64,000 bases of DNA from Candidatus Levyibacteriota bacterium (GTDB taxonomy: Bacteria > Patescibacteriota > Microgenomatia > Levybacterales > UBA12049): contig OY970292.1 in assembly GCA_963716145.1 (NCBI GenBank), forward strand, positions 965,404 through 1,029,403. The letters run 5' to 3'. The notes beneath the pieces were generated by a model. The model ran no database searches. It was not told the origin of the DNA and saw only the letters and a list, made by a program, of their open reading frames with translations. Position numbers and translations under genes: made by a program. Shown here one piece after another: positions 57,282 through 64,000 of the stretch. Positions within the stretch are counted from its first letter, which is position 1. The number at the start of each line of letters is the position of its first letter.

Positions 57282-58769
57282 ATGGCAAAAACAAATACAA
57301 AGGCAAGTGCAACTTCTGATAACCATTTCCCCCCAGTAGTCGCCGTATTGGGACACGTAGATCATGGCAAAACCACACTTCTTGATGCAATCCGCAGGAC
57401 TTCAATTGCAGAGGGGGAAAAGGGCGGAATTACACAAAAGATAGGCGCCTCAAGCGTTGAAATTGTCCATGATGGACAGAAAAGAAAAATTACATTTATT
57501 GACACTCCGGGACACGAAGCATTTGGACATATGCGTGGACGCGGCGCTCAAGCTGCTGATTTAGGTTTACTAATAGTATCCCTGGCTGACAGTGTCAAAC
57601 CTCAGACAAAAGAAAGCATTGCTATCCTTCAGGAGTCAAAAACTCCATTTATTGTTGTTCTGACGAAGTCAGACCTTCCTGATCTTATTCCTGAAAAAAG
57701 CAAAAAAGATCTCGCAAAAGAAGGTATTTTGCTTGAGGGATATGGGGGAGATGTGCCTGTTATGGAAGTCTCAGCCAAAACAGGTAGCAATATCAAAGAA
57801 CTTTTGGATTTGATTCTTCTGATGTTTGATTTACATAAAAAGCCGGAATACGCGAAAGAAATTTCAGCTAGCGCTGCCCTTCAGGCCATAGTTATTGAAG
57901 CCAAAATGGATCCAAGAGCGGGTTCAAAAGCAACGGTTATTGTAAAAAATGGAAGCGTTCAGGCGCGGGACATGCTCAAAGTTGACGGGCAGATCTTTAA
58001 AGTCAGGATGCTTATGACCGATCTGGGTAAACCGGTTGAGAAAGCAACAGTTGGAGATGCAGTTGAAGTGTTTGGATTTGCAAAAGTTCCACAGGTTGGA
58101 AGCATTATTGCTCATGAGTCCGCGTCAAACGCGACTGCGGCCGAGCAAGCCTCAGTTCCGGAACAGTTAAGCCGTGAAGTTGTATACAAGAGAGAAGAAG
58201 AGCACGCGGGGCTTTCAGTAATTCTGGTAGCTGATACCCAAGGCTCACTCGAGGCTATTGCCAATTCACTACCTGAGGGAATAAGGACCATGACCAAAAA
58301 AACCGGTGAGGTGACTGATGCTGATATTTTGCTTGCGAAGTCAACCAGCAGCATTATTTTGAGTTTTAATACTAAGCTCAAGCCTGAGATTATAACATTG
58401 GCAATGAGTGAAAAAGTGCTCCTTCGCAACTATGAAGTTATTTATGAGCTGCTGGATGAGATAAAAGATGCTCAGGAAGGTAAGCTGCTTTCCCAGATGG
58501 AGCAGATTTATGGAACCGCAAAAATTTTGGCCAAATTCCCTTTTGAAAAAACATTTGCGTTTGGAGTCTCGGTTAGTGACGGACGGGTGGCCAAAGGAGA
58601 TAAGGTACGGATTACACGCGGAAGCGATACAATCGTTGAAACCACAATTAACTCTCTTCGGATAGGTAAAAACCCAACTTCAAAGGTAGAGAAAGGAAAT
58701 GAGGCAGGATTGGTTTTAACAAACCCCCTTGACATTTTGGTAGGAGATGTGATACTATCCCATAGTTAA
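57282..58769 (+). CDS. infB: Translation initiation factor IF-2 (short, lacks N-terminal domains)
   Basis: PPVVAVLGHVDHGKTTLLD, GGITQKIGA, DTPGHEAF, ADTQGSLEA. Confidence 0.96.
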   Translation: MAKTNTKASATSDNHFPPVVAVLGHVDHGKTTLLDAIRRTSIAEGEKGGITQKIGASSVEIVHDGQKRKITFIDTPGHEAFGHMRGRGAQAADLGLLIVSLADSVKPQTKESIAILQESKTPFIVVLTKSDLPDLIPEKSKKDLAKEGILLEGYGGDVPVMEVSAKTGSNIKELLDLILLMFDLHKKPEYAKEISASAALQAIVIEAKMDPRAGSKATVIVKNGSVQARDMLKVDGQIFKVRMLMTDLGKPVEKATVGDAVEVFGFAKVPQVGSIIAHESASNATAAEQASVPEQLSREVVYKREEEHAGLSVILVADTQGSLEAIANSLPEGIRTMTKKTGEVTDADILLAKSTSSIILSFNTKLKPEIITLAMSEKVLLRNYEVIYELLDEIKDAQEGKLLSQMEQIYGTAKILAKFPFEKTFAFGVSVSDGRVAKGDKVRITRGSDTIVETTINSLRIGKNPTSKVEKGNEAGLVLTNPLDILVGDVILSHS

Positions 58770-58801
58770 TCTTTTCTGTGAGGCAGAATGAAGTTTAAGA
58801 T

Positions 58802-59917
58802 ATGGATAATAATGTAGTTCAACAGATAAAAGATGCTATCGCGCAAAGCCAAAGTATTGGTGTAGTAGCCCCAAAGAATCCTTCAATGGATGAGATGGCA
58901 GCTGCGCTTTCTCTCTATCTTTTACTCAAAAGCACCAACAAAAACGTGTCTATAGCGTCCCCTAGTGACCCCATAGTCGAGATTTCATCCCTGGTTGGAA
59001 TTGACAAAGTCGAAAAAGCCTTAAAAGGATCAGGCGGAGTAGGAGATTTAACAGTGTCATTTCCTTACACTGAAGGTGAGATAGAAAAAGTTTCCTACAC
59101 GCTTGAGGAAGGATACCTTAATATAATCGTTAAAGCTGCTGAGCAGGGGTTAACCTTCGATGAGAAAGACGTAGAATACACACGAGGCGGTGGCAATCTT
59201 GATCTTGTTTTTACCGTGGGTGCGCCAAATCTCGCTGATTTGGATCCTGTTTTTGATACTCAAAATCTTGATATAAAAATAGTTAATATAGACAACAAAG
59301 AGGAAAATGAGCAATTTGGTGATATCGTCTTAATTTCCCAAAAATTGTCTTCACTTAGTGAGGGAGTTGCGGATCTCGCGCTTTCACTGGGACTTCATAT
59401 AGATGAAGATAGCGCTCAGAATTTACTAAATGGTATATCCAGTGAAACAGGTAACTTTCAAGATTCCAAAACAAGCTCACTTGCTTTTGAAATGGCAGCA
59501 CTTTTAATGAAAAAAGGTGCAACCCGCGTGAGTTCAGCAAGCGCAAGGCGCGGAATAAGTATTGATCAGGATCAACAGCGCGGTGTCCGTCCACAAGTTT
59601 CGGCACAACAATCTGCTGGCCAAAGACGTGCCCCCTCCGCCGCTGAGGCTTCCACCGACGCTAAAGCTTTGGCGGACAGGTCGGTAGGCAAGCAGGACAA
59701 GCGGGAGCAAGATAGACAAAAATTTGAAGAAAACTTGCAAAAAAGAGTCCAGGAAGAAAAAGCCAGAGAAGCTTCAGGTCAGCCAAGAAACACCCAGCCA
59801 GTGCGCAATCAGCAAATAGAAAACAAAAACCAACCCACCGATGAAGCAGCAGATGCTGATGAGACTCCGACAGATTGGCTCGCCCCAAAAGTCTACAAAG
59901 GCTCAAGTGAAGTTTAA
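58802..59917 (+). CDS. Degenerate DHH/NrnA-like phosphoesterase homolog with low-complexity tail
   Basis: Overall DHH layout (I..A.SI, LLNGI.SETGNF) but catalytic motifs altered (KNPSMD, FTVGA, IDNK in place of DHH). Confidence 0.7.
   Translation: MDNNVVQQIKDAIAQSQSIGVVAPKNPSMDEMAAALSLYLLLKSTNKNVSIASPSDPIVEISSLVGIDKVEKALKGSGGVGDLTVSFPYTEGEIEKVSYTLEEGYLNIIVKAAEQGLTFDEKDVEYTRGGGNLDLVFTVGAPNLADLDPVFDTQNLDIKIVNIDNKEENEQFGDIVLISQKLSSLSEGVADLALSLGLHIDEDSAQNLLNGISSETGNFQDSKTSSLAFEMAALLMKKGATRVSSASARRGISIDQDQQRGVRPQVSAQQSAGQRRAPSAAEASTDAKALADRSVGKQDKREQDRQKFEENLQKRVQEEKAREASGQPRNTQPVRNQQIENKNQPTDEAADADETPTDWLAPKVYKGSSEV
59633..59692. repeat. REP-like composite palindrome in-frame in the DHH-like gene tail
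   Basis: CCTCCGCCGCTGAGGCTTCCACCGACGCTAAAGCTTTGGCGGACAGGTCGGTAGGCAAG. Confidence 0.55.
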
Positions 59918-59920
59918 TAT

Positions 59921-60343
59921 ATGACTGAAAGAACACCAAGCAATGAAATCGCTACTGCCTTACATGGGTCTGCTATGAATATTTCAGATGAAGCAGATGC
60001 TGCAATGAGAAGAAAAGATTCAGGGGTAGCAAGGAAGCTTTACTCGACCGCTGCCGTTATTGAAGAAGAAGCTTTTGAACGGGCATCAGCACAAGGACCA
60101 TTAAGCGTTGATGATCCTCAAGGGACTGTCAGTAAAGCAGTTTTGGGTAGAAGCGCTGCATCGCTTTATGAAAATGCTGGTAAACATCGATCTGCTGTGA
60201 GAGTCGCTCAGAGAACTTTGGACAAAATTGCTGGAATGCCAGTTTATAAGGAGTTAGTGGGTGAGCTAGCAGAAGTAGTTACCGAAGCCCGGAGCCACAT
60301 GGGAGTTAATCGAGTAAGGGAATTGGTTAGACGAAAAAAGTAA
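59921..60343 (+). CDS. Hypothetical helical (TPR-like) protein
   Basis: 140-aa Ala-rich ORF directly downstream of the previous gene. Confidence 0.65.
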   Translation: MTERTPSNEIATALHGSAMNISDEADAAMRRKDSGVARKLYSTAAVIEEEAFERASAQGPLSVDDPQGTVSKAVLGRSAASLYENAGKHRSAVRVAQRTLDKIAGMPVYKELVGELAEVVTEARSHMGVNRVRELVRRKK

Positions 60344-60369
60344 TAAGGCTTCAAATTTTAACAGACCCC

Positions 60370-60398
60370 TTGTAGTAAATCTTCAAACCTGCTATAAT
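60370..60398 (+). promoter_or_regulatory. Promoter of rpsO-pnp
   Basis: TTGTAG-17 nt-TATAAT with TG extension. Confidence 0.65.
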
Positions 60399-60428
60399 GC
60401 AGACAATAAGAATTAAGAAAGCAAATTT

Positions 60429-60697
60429 ATGCCGCTTAGTACTACACAGAAGCAAGACATTATAAATGAATTTCAGACAGGAAAAGGAGATACCGGATCG
60501 CCTGAGGTGCAAATCGCGCTTCTGACCAAAAGGATCACCAGACTTGCTGAACACCTCAAAGATCACGCGCATGACGTTCATTCCCGCAGGGCCTTCTCTC
60601 AATGATTGCAAAAAGACGAAGACTTATCAACTTTCTTAAAAAAGTTGATGAAGTACGGGTTGGAGACATTCTGAAGAAAATCGGAATGAAAGATTGA
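60429..60697 (+). CDS. rpsO: 30S ribosomal protein S15 (1-bp frameshift near 60590, likely assembly error)
   Basis: [15 protein letters not shown]...[26 protein letters not shown], then [15 protein letters not shown] in the shifted frame; missing from the ORF track. Confidence 0.93.
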
Positions 60698-60714
60698 CAC
60701 CGACTTCAAAAACT

Positions 60715-60787
60715 GTCATGCTGGATAAACTTCAGCATCCCTGCCTGCCGGCAGGCAGGTCCAGACCTCTAACCAGATCAGGATGAC
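60715..60787. repeat. GTCAT...ATGAC REP-like element containing the 20-bp perfect palindrome
   Basis: GTCATGCTG...CAGCATC, CCTGCCTGCCGGCAGGCAGG (60740-60759), ...CAGGATGAC. Confidence 0.8.
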
Positions 60788-60819
60788 AACGAAAGAAGGA
60801 CGAAAGATCAAGAATATAA

Positions 60820-63223
60820 ATGAAAGACAATAAGACCTCAGTTAGTTTTGATTTTGCAGGAAAACAAATGACCTTTGAAACCGGCCAACTTGCCGTACAG
60901 GCAACTGCTGCTGTTTTGGCCAGACTTGGCGATACAGTGGTTCTTGCAACTGTTGTTGGAGGCGGAAAAAGACCTGATATTGATTATTTCCCACTAAGCG
61001 TTGATTACGTTGAAAGACTTTACGCTGGTGGAAAAATAAAAGGCAGTCGTTGGGTAAAAAGAGAAGGACGTCCATCGGACGAAGCAATTCTCGCAGGTAG
61101 ACTTATCGACCGTTCCATTCGACCACTATTCTCAAAGTCATTCAAAAATGAAGTTCAGGTAATTGTTACGGTCCTTTCAGTTGATTCTGAAAACGAAGCT
61201 GATATTCTAGCTCTTAACGCTGTAAGCGCAGCTCTTGCGATGTCAAAAATTCCATGGAATGGTCCTATTGCTGCTGTCAGGATGGGATATATCGAGGAGA
61301 AAGACGGTACTCAGGCTGCATATCTCCCAAACCCTACAACAACAGAAGCAGAGCACTCAATTCTTGATGTAGTTGTCTCACAAAGCCGCGAAAAAACAGT
61401 CATGATTGAGTCTGGAGCGCTTCAAGTTCCTGAAGATGTAGTAGATGAAGCAATTGTGCAAGCCCACACAGAGACAAGAAAAGTTCTGAAGGGAATTGAG
61501 GAACTTGTCAAAAAAGTAGGACAGGAAAAAATAGTGATTGAAGAAGACACCACACTCAATGATGCGGTTGCCCTCTTTGAAAAATCTTACAAGAAAGAAG
61601 TAGATGGTTTGATCAAGTCTCGTGTAAGCAAAGAAGGAGCAGGCGATGAAACAGGAGAGCTTATTAACCGCGTTGCTGATGAGATTAAAGCCAAAGACTC
61701 CAAAGCAGAGGTAGACAAAAAACTTCTCGCCAAAGCGCTTGAATACGTTATGTTCAAAACAATCCGCTCAGAAACAGTCAATAAGAAAAAGCGGGTTGAT
61801 GGAAGAGCACTTGATGAACTGCGTGAAATAAAGGCAAATGTGGGAATCTTGCCAAGAACCCATGGGTCTGCTTTGTTTGAAAGAGGAATTACTCAAGCTC
61901 TTAGTATTGTTACCCTTGGTTCACCAAGACTTGAACAGCTTATTGAATCAGCAGAGGGTGAAGAAATAAAGCGCTATATCCATCATTACTCAGGTCTTCC
62001 ATATTCTTTTGGGCAGGCGGGCAGAATGGGATTCACTTCAAGGCGTGAAATCGGACACGGTGCACTCGCAGAGCGCGCGCTTAAAGCAGTTATCCCTTCA
62101 CAAAAAGATTTTCCATACACCATCAGAGTTGTTTCAGAAGTTCTCTCGCAAAACGGATCATCCTCTATGGCATCAACTTGCGGCTCAACACTTGCTCTTA
62201 TGGACGCGGGAGTTCCAATTACAGCACCTGTTGCCGGAATTTCAATCGGAATGATGTCAGAGGGAGACAAATATGTCTTGTTGACAGATATTATCGGACT
62301 TGAAGATTTTTCAGGCGATATGGATTTTAAGGTCGCGGGAACAGAAAAAGGCATCACTGCAATCCAGCTTGATGTAAAAATAGACGGTTTAACAGACGCG
62401 CAAGTTGTTGAGATATTGGCTCGTGCCCGCACAGCCCGCATGCAGATTCTTGAAAAAATGCTTGCTTCACTTCCTGAGTCACGTAAGGAAGTTTCAGAAT
62501 ACGCTCCAAAGATCGAACAGATTCAAGGTACCAGTTGATAAGATTGGTGAAATAATCGGGCCGGGGGGCAAAAATATTAAAGCAATTATTGCACAAACAG
62601 GAGCAGACGTTGATGTTGATGACGACGGAATTGTGAGTGTTTCTGGGATTTCCGAAGAAGCAGTCAAAAAAGCAGTTGATTGGATAAGCGGTATGACACG
62701 GGATGTTACTGTGGGCGAGGAATTTGAGGGAGAAGTTAAAAGAATTCTTCCATTCGGAGCTTTCGTTGAATATCTACCTGGCCGTGAAGGAATGGTACAT
62801 GTGTCCAAAATGAAAAGAGGAGCTTTTGTAAAGGATCCCTCAGAAGTTGTAAAAATTGGGCAAAAAGTAAAGGTAAAAGTAGAGGAACGCGATCAGCAGG
62901 GTCGAATAAATCTGACAATGCTTCTTGATGGAGATGACAATGGTGCACCTCCCGGGCAGGGATTTGATAGGCCGGCTCAACCTAGAGATGAGGGTCAAAG
63001 CGGACAAGGTGGTTTTCAATCAGGCCCAAGACGTCCTTCTTTCAACCGCGACGCTGCGCCTTTCGGCAATGCCAAACCTAGATCAGGTAGGTCTTTTAAC
63101 CCTGATTCAGGGCCCAAATCAGATCATCCGCTGTCACAGGCATTACGACGCGAAAGTGCTCAGGCCCGCAATCCCCGCGGTGCCGGCAAATTCGGCGGCC
63201 CCAAAAAACGCTTCAGCAGATAA
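60820..63223 (+). CDS. pnp: Polyribonucleotide nucleotidyltransferase (1-bp frameshift near 62527, likely assembly error)
   Basis: YFPLSVDY.E, RLIDRSIRP, RREIGHG, NGSSSMAS, DMDFKVAGT in ORF 60820-62538; KH (IIGPGGK.I) and S1 domains in the overlapping frame ending at 63223. Confidence 0.95.
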
Positions 63224-63228
63224 AATCA

Positions 63229-63981
63229 TTATCCGTTTGGTAGCTGTAAATGTTTAGATATTTCTTCACCCATTCTTCTTCCAATTTTTTTCATATCTCT
63301 AACCAATTCCTTGCTATCTTTTGTAGAATTAATTTTAAGGCGTCTATATGGTGTTCCTGATTTTCCAATAGATTTTCTATCCCTTCTAAGGACGGGCCAA
63401 GTCTCGTCTCCCAAAGTATTTGAGCGTGCATATCCCCAAGTCCCATACATAAAATTTATATCTGAAAAACCAACTTGTTCCAATAATTCTTCTACCTGGA
63501 TAATTGTTTGTCCAGAATAAGTAAACTCATCAAAAACGGCTGCATCTTCAAAGGCTTGATACTTATGTCCAATCTGGTTTAGTCTTTCTCTCTCAGCAGC
63601 TTCTATTACTTCTACATCTTCACCATATAATTTATTTAGAGACTCTCTTGTGTATCCATATACTTGGTCGTTTACATCCACAAAAAATATTTTTGGAGGT
63701 TTTTCTTGCGGATATGCGGTCTTCCAGCATTCTTTTATTGCAAAAGTATAGGGAATGGCTGATAGCGCGGTGGCAAATAGAACCTTAGGTGATCTTCCTG
63801 TATCCGGGAGAGGATTGCCGTCTGTATCAATTCTTCCCACCCCATCGTGTAGCTTCATTACGGCATGGGCAAGAGAATCTTCCCAATTTTCTGTTTCTTG
63901 ACCCGCTAGCTTAGCATCAGCAATTTTTGGCCCATAGAAGTTATTTATAAATGTAGATTCGTATTGAGGAGATTCACTCAT
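63229..63981 (-). CDS. Hypothetical protein with a phosphoribosyltransferase-like PRPP-binding motif
   Basis: AAVFDEFTYSGQTI resembles the hhhDD..TGxT loop. Confidence 0.55.
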   Translation of the reverse strand: MSESPQYESTFINNFYGPKIADAKLAGQETENWEDSLAHAVMKLHDGVGRIDTDGNPLPDTGRSPKVLFATALSAIPYTFAIKECWKTAYPQEKPPKIFFVDVNDQVYGYTRESLNKLYGEDVEVIEAAERERLNQIGHKYQAFEDAAVFDEFTYSGQTIIQVEELLEQVGFSDINFMYGTWGYARSNTLGDETWPVLRRDRKSIGKSGTPYRRLKINSTKDSKELVRDMKKIGRRMGEEISKHLQLPNG

Positions 63982-64000
63982 AAAGTAAGTATATCAAATC

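Noticed and set aside
60429-63223. Programmed frameshifting or pseudogenisation of rpsO and pnp
   Set aside because: No slippery heptamer or stimulatory structure seen, no other decay, and similar 1-bp breaks occur elsewhere; assembly error is more parsimonious.
1427-63520. Numerous short antisense or out-of-frame ORFs in the track (e.g. 25520-26080, 36446-36820, 60351-60611, 61986-62441)
   Set aside because: They are shadows of well-supported genes on the opposite strand or frame and show no motifs.

Overview
AT-rich bacterial chromosome segment, most likely from Patescibacteria/CPR (Microgenomates-like). This is inferred from the class I LysRS, short IF2, TrbC/VirB2-like pilins, membrane-anchored Clp ATPase, degenerate DHH protein, and -10 boxes placed directly before start codons. 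Contents in order: VanW-family and solute-binding proteins, greA, a phosphoketolase::CoA-binding fusion with acsA, gamma-carbonic anhydrase and murB, a DapL-type lysine operon followed by lysS, a surface-glycosylation cluster, tatD/metG, hrcA-grpE-dnaK-dnaJ, UvrD-nuclease, nusA-infB, rpsO-pnp. Main highlights: (1) a pilin + 1558-aa VirB6/TrbL-like membrane protein + Clp ATPase locus, in which the membrane protein and the ATPase share the same unannotated ~80-aa helical repeat, suggesting a dedicated ATPase-coupled pilus/secretion machine; (2) a complete 1:2/2:3/3:4 leader-peptide attenuator with Lys codons in front of the lysine operon; (3) a SAM-I-superfamily riboswitch with terminator upstream of a small ORF and metG; (4) several families of short palindromic and heptamer repeats, some nested and some inserted in-frame in murB, uvrD, nusA and other genes. 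Four single-base frameshifts (metG, rpsO, pnp, one hypothetical gene) look like assembly errors. No tRNA, rRNA, CRISPR array or transposase was recognised.
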